Positions 1 to 8,700 of a stretch of 64,000 bases of DNA are shown one piece after another. This stretch comes from a virus. The number at the start of each line of letters is the position of its first letter. Position 1 is the stretch's first letter. The position numbers were made by a program, and so were the translations under genes. The stretch is taken from the IMG/VR virus record IMGVR_UViG_3300045988_146982, positions 1,038 to 65,037 of that record, one strand, 5' to 3'. The notes under the pieces are model-generated. The model was not told where the DNA came from, did no database searches, and worked only from the letters and a program-made list of their open reading frames with translations.

Positions 1-261
1 GAGATAAATTCCACAGTTTGTTTCTATTCCGCCAGAAAAACCTTCGCCCAATTCGCCTCTGAACTTGGTATCCCAGACGGAGTTATAGATTACTGCCTCG
101 GGCATTCGGATAAAAGCAGAGGCGTAATCAGATACTACACAAAAGTCAAGCAGAAGCAAGCGGAAATAGCAATAAACAGGGTGATTGACTATGTAAACAA
201 TCCTGAGAAGTACAAGGATTACATAGAAATGAAAGCAGATATTATGATGATGAAAGGATAA
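1..261 (+). CDS. int: Tyrosine recombinase / phage integrase, C-terminal fragment (5' end outside the window)
   Basis: Frame-1 ORF runs off the left edge and stops at TAA 259-261. The translation ...FYSARKTFAQFASELGIPDGVIDYCLGHSDKSRGVIRYYTKV... carries the R / H-x-x / catalytic-Y C-terminal signature of tyrosine recombinases. Confidence 0.8.
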   Translation, partial: EINSTVCFYSARKTFAQFASELGIPDGVIDYCLGHSDKSRGVIRYYTKVKQKQAEIAINRVIDYVNNPEKYKDYIEMKADIMMMKG

Positions 262-266
262 GAAAT

Positions 267-289
267 AAGGCAGCTTATTGGGCTGCCTT
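267..289 (+). terminator. Hairpin after the integrase stop
   Basis: AAGGCAGC (267-274) pairs with GCTGCCTT (282-289) around a 7-nt loop. There is no strong T-tract. Confidence 0.4.
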
Positions 290-293
290 AGGT

Positions 294-444
294 GCTATGT
301 AAATAGAACTGTGTCAAACCTTTAGTTTATTATTTCTTAGTTTAATACTACTCTGAATTCATCTGATATTCAGATATTTATCCGAAAGTAAAATTTGAGA
401 TAATCAGACTTGTTAAGGATTGACACAGTTTAAATTACGATCTC
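294..444. repeat. Left copy of a 151-bp perfect inverted repeat (partner at 63575-63725)
   Basis: The reverse complement of 63575-63725 equals 294-444 at 151/151 positions (checked block by block). Confidence 0.95.
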
Positions 445-1052
445 GCCTTAGGTTTTCTCTTTTGGGATTCATCATATCCTAATTGCCAAAAGTACATATC
501 TACAATCCTCATTGGAGGATACTGCATGTTTCTATCAATCATCAATTGACACTCTTCTATATCTCTCACATGATTTTTTGCAAATTCATAGACAGAGCTA
601 ATGGTGGGTATAGACCCTTCTTTCAGTTTCCATCCATCTACAAAAAAACGGTCAAAAGCCGGAATACATCCCAATGTACCCAACAAGACCTTCGTTTGCA
701 GTGTTCTTGAAGCTTTTATAGCAATATTTTCATATCTATTTTTAACTTCATTCATAACCTCTTGTGCTTTATCTGCTTCAATTACGCAATCACGTCTTAA
801 GGCTAATGGCTTTATATATTCTACTACTGGAATATGAATTTTATAATCTTTTTGTAGTAACTCAGTGGACCCCCTGTACATTCCCCAGCTAGCAAGATAG
901 AAAGCCAAATGCAAAGCCAAATAGTCTATTGAATTATTAGGATTACCAAAGGCTTCATAACAATGTTCCCATGACAGGTAGCGATGATTCTTATTGCATT
1001 TCGCAATATATTCTTTAACAATGTTTTTCATAAATACTTCATTTTGCAGCAA
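435..1052 (-). CDS. Hypothetical protein (205 aa)
   Basis: Long ORF with no family I can name. Its stop and last three codons lie inside the left inverted repeat. Confidence 0.5.
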   Translation of the reverse strand: MLQNEVFMKNIVKEYIAKCNKNHRYLSWEHCYEAFGNPNNSIDYLALHLAFYLASWGMYRGSTELLQKDYKIHIPVVEYIKPLALRRDCVIEADKAQEVMNEVKNRYENIAIKASRTLQTKVLLGTLGCIPAFDRFFVDGWKLKEGSIPTISSVYEFAKNHVRDIEECQLMIDRNMQYPPMRIVDMYFWQLGYDESQKRKPKARS

Positions 1053-1112
1053 ACATATAAAAATGCCCCGACTTTCGCAAGCCGGAGCAGTCCAATTTAT
1101 AGATTTAAAGTC

Positions 1113-1661
1113 TTATGATGAAGCTTGCCTGTTGCGCCAATGTTTTCGTACCACCAACGTGACAACAAGCAAAACGGTTACACAAACACAGGCAAAACCT
1201 ATTTGTTTAAGCAGCGTGGATTCTTTTTTCTCCTTTACCCCTTCAGTCTTGGTTTCCTCATGTTTGGTGGAAGTGGTTTCCTTGTCAGCTTTCACCTCCG
1301 TACTGTCTTCGGTTGCAGTTTCCTTCTTTTTATTCTTGCTGAAATCACCTTCCACATGTCCGTCAGCCAGTAACGGAGGTTCCCCGGTCAGGCGGTCAGG
1401 TGGTTTTCTTGTATCATAGATACGGAAATCAATCACATAGCTGCCATTAGTGGTTATCAACTCTCTTAAAGAAGTTGTAGAACCATGTACGATGTTGACC
1501 GATTCACGTGTACTATCCTTCAGTACAATCTCTGTGTCAGATTTAACAGCCTTATGCGAGCTGCCACACGATAGCAGCAGGAACAGACAACACATAAAGG
1601 AAACCGGCAATATATGCCGGCTTACCAAATTCATAACCCTAACCAACATAAGAGATATCAT
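1113..1661 (-). CDS. Lipoprotein with a C-terminal transmembrane anchor; unimolecular-spanin candidate
   Basis: Lipobox LLLSC (likely start is M10 at 1634), a charged K/E/T-rich linker, and a C-terminal TM segment [18 protein letters not shown]. It lies immediately downstream of the endolysin. Confidence 0.5.
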   Translation of the reverse strand: MISLMLVRVMNLVSRHILPVSFMCCLFLLLSCGSSHKAVKSDTEIVLKDSTRESVNIVHGSTTSLRELITTNGSYVIDFRIYDTRKPPDRLTGEPPLLADGHVEGDFSKNKKKETATEDSTEVKADKETTSTKHEETKTEGVKEKKESTLLKQIGFACVCVTVLLVVTLVVRKHWRNRQASS

Positions 1662-2157
1662 TTATACGGTTCATCCACCCTCTCTTGAATTTGTTGTTCG
1701 CAGGACGCTTGCGGCATATATCCTCAATGAAGTCAAACCGTGCAATCTTAATCATGTCGAACAACTCACGCGGGTTCTTGGCATTTACCGAAGCAATGGT
1801 CTTGGGACCTACAATGCCATCCTCCGTAACACCAAGCAGGCGTTGAGGAATCTTAATGCCATGAACACCGGATGCCCACACCCAGTCCACAAGAATATTT
1901 GCTACAGACTGATTCTGTATCAAATCAGCCTTCCATCTGTCCCAGTACATGGTCTTCAAGATTTCCGTCCATTCCTCTTTCGTGAGATTTTTCAATCTTT
2001 CAACTGTAGGCTTGGAATATCCTTTCTTTCGGCAATATGCCTCATAGGTTCCGATAGTCACACCCATATTGGTAGCCCCTCCCAAATCGTCAGGGTCATT
2101 TACAAAACCGCCTTCCCACTTTAGGACAAACGGTGCAAGTTTTCTTACGTCAGCCAT
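1639..2157 (-). CDS. Endolysin, GH108-type lysozyme with a PG_binding_3-like C-terminal domain
   Basis: N-terminus [25 protein letters not shown] matches the GH108 EGG-x-V-x-D-x-x-D-x-GG-x-T signature. A DGIVGPKT peptidoglycan-binding motif follows. Confidence 0.8.
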   Translation of the reverse strand: MADVRKLAPFVLKWEGGFVNDPDDLGGATNMGVTIGTYEAYCRKKGYSKPTVERLKNLTKEEWTEILKTMYWDRWKADLIQNQSVANILVDWVWASGVHGIKIPQRLLGVTEDGIVGPKTIASVNAKNPRELFDMIKIARFDFIEDICRKRPANNKFKRGWMNRINDISYVG

Positions 2158-2542
2158 TCTTCTTTTCCTCCTTATCTTTAATTAATGTAGCTCTGCGTGG
2201 TGGAATACGACGGCCACATTCGCTGTCAGGCCTGTCACAACGGTTGTGCTCGGCATCTTTCAATTGTAGTTCCAGCTCATGGCACTTATGAATCCATGTC
2301 AGCTTATCAGACTGTTCGTTACGAAGCTCAACGTATAACGCATCAATCTTGGCGTCACGCTGGGCGATACGTTCTTCCAGCCAATCAACCTGTTTACGCT
2401 CGTTCTCATCCTCCATTGAATCGGCGGACGCATCCTCCTTCCGCGCGTTCGTCTTGCGGTTTACCCAGAACGTGACACCCCAGCGGACAGCCTCCAATCC
2501 CCCGAAAGCCCCGATTATAGCCAACCAGTCATTTAATTCCAT
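2150..2542 (-). CDS. Type-II membrane protein with a coiled coil (holin or i-spanin-like lysis accessory)
   Basis: N-terminal TM segment [22 protein letters not shown] followed by a charged coiled coil. Overlaps the endolysin start by 8 nt. Confidence 0.4.
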   Translation of the reverse strand: MELNDWLAIIGAFGGLEAVRWGVTFWVNRKTNARKEDASADSMEDENERKQVDWLEERIAQRDAKIDALYVELRNEQSDKLTWIHKCHELELQLKDAEHNRCDRPDSECGRRIPPRRATLIKDKEEKKNG

Positions 2543-2572
2543 TCCGTCTATTGTTTATCTGATTATAAATGT

Positions 2573-2667
2573 TATTTTTGCATGTGTTTTTCATAACCCA
2601 ATAGACCTGGCGAGGTCGTTGCATAAGTTTTTCCCTGCTGTCCGAAAAGGCATGCAGGGATTTTTTT
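2573..2667 (+). ncRNA. Candidate small RNA unit: an orphan + strand promoter and intrinsic terminator
   Basis: -7 box TATTTTTG at 2573-2580. Stem CCCTGC (2633-2638) / GCAGGG (2654-2659) is followed by T7 (2661-2667). Only a 4-codon ORF lies between, and the unit sits in a minus-strand intergenic gap. Confidence 0.3.
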
Positions 2668-2670
2668 ACA

Positions 2671-3183
2671 TTATAAACCTGCAACCAATATGGATGCATA
2701 AGTAGCTGACAACGCGGCTATCTCAATCCAAAACATCGGCTTGGTACGCAGGAAATCCGTTATGATGCTGTCCGATACGTGGCGGGGCATCATCGCCAAC
2801 GTATAAATAATGTAGACAAGCCATACCGTCAGGCACCACGGGCAATTACAGGCAACCCACAGCTGAGAGCCTGCGATACACAAGATAGCCCCGGCGGTAT
2901 GCACCTTCCCTTCAAACTCATCCTTGAAGTTGGGGGCTGCACCAACCATCAGCATACCTATGCAGGACAAGAACGCCAAAAACTCGGTATCCGGTTTACT
3001 CACTTCCAAGATGGCAGGCATCAGCAGCCCGGCGGTAAGCCACGTCGTTACCATAAACCAATGCTTGTGTTCCAACTTATAGAACGTGGCACTGATGGAA
3101 GCAGGAACGCCCCCTTGTTTGACACATACCGCTGCCGTATAAGCAGCTATCACCAACATTGATAAAATCACTAACCAAATCAT
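2671..3183 (-). CDS. Polytopic membrane protein (holin candidate or exclusion protein)
   Basis: The 170-aa product has at least four hydrophobic helices and heads the lysis gene cluster. Confidence 0.45.
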   Translation of the reverse strand: MIWLVILSMLVIAAYTAAVCVKQGGVPASISATFYKLEHKHWFMVTTWLTAGLLMPAILEVSKPDTEFLAFLSCIGMLMVGAAPNFKDEFEGKVHTAGAILCIAGSQLWVACNCPWCLTVWLVYIIYTLAMMPRHVSDSIITDFLRTKPMFWIEIAALSATYASILVAGL

Positions 3184-3195
3184 AACTTTTTATTT

Positions 3196-3846
3196 TTAAA
3201 GATTAAACACTAATTGTTCTGGATAACCCGCTGAATAGTCGAAGAACTTCACTTCCTCTGCTGTTTCCATTTGTTCGACCTGCGCCGCATGTTCGGCAGT
3301 TACATTATAGCATTGCAGGGCATACAGCTCCAACGCTGCAAGCATCTGCAATGCGGTATCTACCGGAATAGTGTACTTCACTCCACCAAACCAAAGGTTG
3401 GTTTCCGGCTTTCCGGCATCTTTTTCTATGCCAATTGAATTGACCAGTCCGACACGGGTTGCTTTGTCCAGCCAAATACGATTACCGGCGAGCATGAACG
3501 AATTGACGGTCTCCGACCGGTCATAAGCAGCGATCTTGTTTAACATGAACTCTTTGAATACAGACGTTTCATTACCGCCTGCAAACCCAAGAGCTTCAAA
3601 TATAGTTTCCAATTCTTGGGTGGTCATTTCCTCATTCAATCCATACCCGTTTATTCGTTTCACAAACTCATCGGCCGTCAGGTGTCCTGTCATTGTTGCC
3701 GTGTATGCTTCGTATCCGCCTTCAACCTCCCGGATACCAAAATTCACAGTGGTGTAGATTTGATCCACCACTTTGTCAACCACCACTACCGATGGCTTCT
3801 CTTCATACTTTTTCTTCTCCATGATTGCGTTAATTTGGTAATACAT
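3196..3846 (-). CDS. Hypothetical protein, tail-fibre-associated by position
   Basis: 216-aa ORF directly downstream of the DGR RT. An alternative start, MEKKKYEE, lies at 3822. Confidence 0.45.
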   Translation of the reverse strand: MYYQINAIMEKKKYEEKPSVVVVDKVVDQIYTTVNFGIREVEGGYEAYTATMTGHLTADEFVKRINGYGLNEEMTTQELETIFEALGFAGGNETSVFKEFMLNKIAAYDRSETVNSFMLAGNRIWLDKATRVGLVNSIGIEKDAGKPETNLWFGGVKYTIPVDTALQMLAALELYALQCYNVTAEHAAQVEQMETAEEVKFFDYSAGYPEQLVFNL

Positions 3847-5269
3847 AATTCAACTCTTTATACATTTTTCTATACCTCTTCCTGATACATACCTTTTCAA
3901 AATGACCTGATATGTAAAAGTATTTATAGAATCTGCTCCCGAAGAGCGATAATACCCATTTCCTGTGGCGGTAGGTCTTAAGCCCTTTGCAGAACCCAAG
4001 ATAGCTATTCAGGACCGATTCGATGCGGGCGCAATCATTGGCGGTCAGCTCGGTTGTTTCAATCATCCGGTTAAAGCCTGTGGCACGTTCCTTGAACCTT
4101 GCCAATGTGCGGTTGCTCAAATAACATCTTCCGGGCTTGATATACACGCCTACGAATAAAACCCCGTGCGACACAGGTTGCAGGTACCGCTTGTCCTTAT
4201 GCAGCTTCAACAGCAATTTCCCGCCAAGAAATGCTTCAAGTTCCGGTATCACCCCCTGCAATGCTTTCAAGTCGTCGCATACCAACAGGAAATCGTCCAC
4301 GAACCTCACATAATGGGAGTTCAACCGCCGTGTCTTCCATATTACATAACTGTCAAAGAAGGACATGAGAAAATTGGCAAACAACTGCGTGGTCAGATTG
4401 CCTATCGGACCGCCTTTGCCCTCCCCGTTGCGAAGCAGGGATTTGTTTTCGGGCAACTGCCTCCACAAGGTCGTATCACCGTTGAACACGCAATCCTTTT
4501 CCGGGCTGTGCAATACAACCGCCCGTATCACCCTTAAAAGGATTTCCTTGTACCCGCCATGGTATTTCCTTTTCGTGAAGCGCAGCAGCATGCCAAGCTG
4601 CAACACCCGGTCTATCGACATGAAGAACGAAACCAAATCGCCCTTGAACACCCATGCAGGTCTGCGGTAGCCGCAGGAAACAGCCTCCATGCCTTGCACA
4701 GCACTTAATACGGCTGTTCTGGTGCCGTAACCCTTACGGCAGTTATGTGACACGTTCCCCTGCGATTCGAACCGCTCTTCAAACAAAGGTTCAAGCCGCA
4801 GGCATATCCAATGGTGCACGATACGGTCACGGAAATTGGCAGCAAACACTTCCCTCAGTTTCGGGTATCTTACAAGAAAACAGGTGGATGTGGACGGTTT
4901 GTATGTGCCTGTCCACATCTCTACAGCCAAACAGACAATGTCTTCTTCGGCTATCTGCATATACTCGACTGCCTGGCAGGAACTCATCTTCCCGCGTAAG
5001 CAGTCCTTATAAGCATCGATAACCGTATCCAGGAAACATTTGAAATCCGTTCCGTATGCTGCCACCGCCCGCGCCCTATTACCGTTGTACTTGTTGTTGT
5101 TGCTAGTGTTGCCACTGGAGAAGTTCACATACCAACTGTTGTTGCGGCTGTTCTCGGTACTGGACCAATACCACGAGGCGGAGACTTCTTGCGTATTTGC
5201 ATCTTCGTTACTATGGCTTGCCACCATAGTAATACGCCCATTCAGAGGATTTCGCCGTACACTATTCAT
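3830..5269 (-). CDS. DGR reverse transcriptase (the ORF as drawn reads through the template repeat)
   Basis: Carries the DGR-RT signature IGNLTTQLFANF (compare Bordetella Brt IGSLTSQLFANV), the catalytic box RFVDDFLLVCDD, and an N-terminal DAYKDCLRGK motif. Adjacent to avd and TR. Confidence 0.9.
   Translation of the reverse strand: MNSVRRNPLNGRITMVASHSNEDANTQEVSASWYWSSTENSRNNSWYVNFSSGNTSNNNKYNGNRARAVAAYGTDFKCFLDTVIDAYKDCLRGKMSSCQAVEYMQIAEEDIVCLAVEMWTGTYKPSTSTCFLVRYPKLREVFAANFRDRIVHHWICLRLEPLFEERFESQGNVSHNCRKGYGTRTAVLSAVQGMEAVSCGYRRPAWVFKGDLVSFFMSIDRVLQLGMLLRFTKRKYHGGYKEILLRVIRAVVLHSPEKDCVFNGDTTLWRQLPENKSLLRNGEGKGGPIGNLTTQLFANFLMSFFDSYVIWKTRRLNSHYVRFVDDFLLVCDDLKALQGVIPELEAFLGGKLLLKLHKDKRYLQPVSHGVLFVGVYIKPGRCYLSNRTLARFKERATGFNRMIETTELTANDCARIESVLNSYLGFCKGLKTYRHRKWVLSLFGSRFYKYFYISGHFEKVCIRKRYRKMYKELNYVLPN
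5056..5183 (-). repeat. DGR template repeat (TR)
   Basis: 128 bp matching VR at 116/128 positions. All 12 differences are at T on the + strand, which is A on the coding strand. Confidence 0.9.
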
Positions 5270-5730
5270 ACCTTCTCAGTATTAAAACCCTGACGGCTTG
5301 TGAAATCGCGCCATGCTGTCAACTGCGCAATCAATTTATCAGATTCGCTGCGGAGTTTGTTGCACCTGTCTTTCGACAAGACACCGACACGCTCCAAAAT
5401 CACAAAATAATTTCGGATAACAAACAGCAAAGACATTGCATTGCTGATGTACCAGCTCCGTTCTTCCCCTCTCGATTCGTTGGCAAGGGCAACCGATTTA
5501 CCGACTTCCGACATATCGGAAATCATCAAATCGGTATACCGGCTCAGTTTTCGAGGGCAAGCCATCATGATTTGCGCTATCGAAAACATCAGGTTGCTTG
5601 CCGCACGAAAGGCAGGAAGCTGGGCGGTCCCCCGTTTCTGTTTCTCTTTCGCGGCGTTGCTTCGGGCAATCTCTTCACCCGTAAGACAAACGCATTTTTG
5701 TTCCTTGTTTTCTGCTGTTTCCTGTTTCAT
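5266..5730 (-). CDS. avd: DGR accessory variability determinant (Avd-like helical protein)
   Basis: 154-aa basic helical ORF between the target gene and TR/RT, the canonical Avd position. Its stop overlaps the RT ORF start (ATGA). Confidence 0.75.
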   Translation of the reverse strand: MKQETAENKEQKCVCLTGEEIARSNAAKEKQKRGTAQLPAFRAASNLMFSIAQIMMACPRKLSRYTDLMISDMSEVGKSVALANESRGEERSWYISNAMSLLFVIRNYFVILERVGVLSKDRCNKLRSESDKLIAQLTAWRDFTSRQGFNTEKV

Positions 5731-5747
5731 ATTATAATCTGCTTCAA

Positions 5748-5771
5748 GGCACGCTCCAAAAGGAGCGCGCC
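5748..5771 (-). promoter_or_regulatory. GC-rich hairpin downstream of VR (DGR target-recognition-type stem-loop)
   Basis: 10-bp stem (5748-5757 with 5762-5771, one mismatch) and a 4-nt loop. It lies about 23 nt 3' of the VR end on the coding strand. Confidence 0.6.
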
Positions 5772-5777
5772 GAAAGG

Positions 5778-8700
5778 TTAAAGTTTAAAAGTGAATGCTG
5801 CCACCGCCCGCGCCCTATTACCGTAGCACTTGCCGTTGCCGCTAGTGTTGCCACTGGAGAAGCCCACATACCAACTGTTGCCGCGGCTGCCCTCGGTACT
5901 GGACCAATACCACGAGGCGGAGTGCAAGGCAAAAGGATTCGCACCGACATTGATATCCCTTACCCGTTTCAGCATGTTTGCGAATAACGGCATCCGCGCT
6001 TCGCTTGACGGGTGTTCATCTGCATAGTCCGCTGTCGGGGCCGTGTTTATCTTGAAGCCACGGCTGCAATTGTGGAAATTGTAGATACGTGCCAATTCAC
6101 CATTTGCCGGAAGATACCAATTGCCGCTGCGGTACTGCTCATGCACCGCTTCGGCTTTCGGCTCGTACAACCGGCACATATATGCTGCCGGATAATAGAA
6201 CTGCCAGTACTTTTTTGCACCGGAATTGGAAGCAGCCAACTCTTTCATCGCCTTGTAAAGCTCTTCCATGGTTTCCGGCAATGGGACGTCCAGATAATTC
6301 AGCAGGATATGGTTGCAGTGCTCAATGATGATGTCCGTTTTCTCCTTCCCGTCAAAGTCATTGACAGAACCTGATGTGAGTACGGCATATCCGTCATCCG
6401 TATCATCATCCAAGTAGTTATCTTCGTTGATGTAGTTGGAAGATGGTTTACCGTTATTTGGGTCGGTCGTTTGAGACAGCCCGGTGCTGTTTATATTCGG
6501 CATTGCGGTATCTGTCGCTGAAGCAATGCCGGCAGCATTCTGGATGGCATCCTCTATTTCCTGTGGAAATCCGTTGGTGGCGGAAGCCTCCGGGTACAAT
6601 CCCCATGGCCAACTTACAACATTCGTATTTTCATCTACCATTATGATATCCTCGGCGGCATCTATACGCAGTTCGTACTCGGTATCGCTCTTCTTTGTTC
6701 GCATAAATACCACGCCGGCGAGTGTCTTGCTAGGGTCATAGGCATCGTCAAATGTGCCGTCCGCGTAGGCGAAGTCCCCGATTTCGGGTATACGGTTGAA
6801 GAACCCGACCTGCTTGGTCTGTTTCATTACCCTGTTGTCCATCGTGGTTACTTCCACCGTCACCGTGAATCTTTCCTTCAATGCCGCATCGCTCAATTTC
6901 TTTACATGAAGCACGCCGTTTACAGGATCGGTAAACCCGGCATAAAGCGAGGCTCCATCTTCGATAGACCAGTTGACCGCAGCATGCCCGTCCACGATTT
7001 TCACGTTGTTGGCACTGGTAGGCAATACGCTGATATGGAATCCGGTGTATTCCCCAAGCGTGAAAATGTAGTTGTTGCCCTGTATGGATATGGAGTTGAT
7101 GGCACGGACGGGATAACTGACATACAGCGGATTATCCGTGCTGTCAATATCCCCGTAGCGTCCTACCAGCTTCATTTTCTCGTCAAACGTGATATACCGG
7201 TCGCCAGATGCGTTCATCAGGGCTATGGACCCTGTCAGGACAGATTGTTTGTCACACAGGAACACAAGCATATCCGCCGTGACGGATTCCCATTCAACGG
7301 ACTTGAACGTCACGCTGCTTAACTCTTCGGTCGCCCCGGTGTACAACTGCGCGGCGAATGCCCGGCTGTTGAACGCCCCGGCACCTTTCTGGTCGACGTA
7401 GACAGTTTGCAGGTTGCCTACGCCTTCGATTCCAGCCGTCTTCAATCCGGGCAGATCATCCAAATGCAGCGCGGTCAACTTGGCGGGCAGCTCCAGGTTC
7501 TCCAGGCTTCCAGTCTTGGGAAGCGTCACGGTGGAAAGGGCGGTTCCCGACACACCAAGGCTTTCGGCACGTGTCAGCTTCGACAGGTCCAGTATACCGG
7601 CTAACGCTTCCACGCCGTTCAGGTTCAGGCGTTTCAGGTTTGGCGTGTTTATCTTAAAGCTGGAAGCGTTGAACTCGACAACCTTTATGCCTTCTTCACG
7701 TCCGGCGGAAAACTCCGTGAGCCGTTTTCCCGACAGGGCAAATTCCCCGGTCAACGGCTTGTCACCCCAATTGCCGATGCTGCTGTAGCAGTCCGGTGCC
7801 AGGAGCGCGCAGGGTGTGTCGTTATCCGTTATAAATGATATGGTATAGTTTTCCCCGGCTTTGACACGCTGCGGAAGTCCGTACGCTTTCCCGTCATTGT
7901 CAGCCCCAAAGCCCAATGACTGCCCGATAGCCACCGCCGGATAAATCCACATGAACGGACGCAGGTTAAAGGTATAAGTCGGCTGTTTGCCATCTTTTGT
8001 GTAGCGGCTGCGGAACGATATGGACTGCGAGCTTGCCACGCTGAAATCGCCATACGAACAGAACGAGGAAAGATACACGGTACGCATCTTCAGGTACTGC
8101 ATCTCACCTTGCAACTGGTCTCCGAGTGATTGCGAGATAGCCGATACGGAGGGTGGATTATACAACCCTTCGTTTGCTTTTTGCTCTGCGTATTCGTAGA
8201 GTAGCCGTGCCGTCTCGTTATAGGCAACAGCCGGAAAATACTTTTGGATGCGGAAATAGAACTTCTCGAAACAGCCCATAGGGGAACCGCCTATTTTCGC
8301 CATTGCCGAAAATATCGCCTTCATGGTGGAGCGCAGCTCGGCAGGGAAAGCGAGTTCCATGAGGTTGTAGAACGTGTTCACTTCACCGTTCCAATAGTTC
8401 TTTCCGTTTGCGTTCAGGTCGTGTTCTTCCACATAATAGGGCTTGTCCTTGCGCCCGAGATTGTCGGTCAGGAAAATGGTATCCATGTCATCCTGGGCAA
8501 AACATATCAGGTGTGTCTTCGGGTCAAGGTATTGGTATGTGTTCTTTGCCCGGTTGTCACTGGCGGCAATCAGCTTCATCACCATCATTGTAAATCTGGC
8601 ATCCGACAGGTTGTAATACTGTCCGATACCGGATTTGAACATTGCCACACGTGCGTTAATAAACATCGCGTTCACCTCCTCCCATATCTGGTTCTGCACG

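Noticed and set aside
5744-6027. Short ORFs overlapping the VR region (5744-5950 on the - strand, 5830-6027 on the + strand)
   Set aside because: They lie out of frame or antisense to the C-terminus of the 1994-aa target gene and merely reflect the GC-rich repeat.
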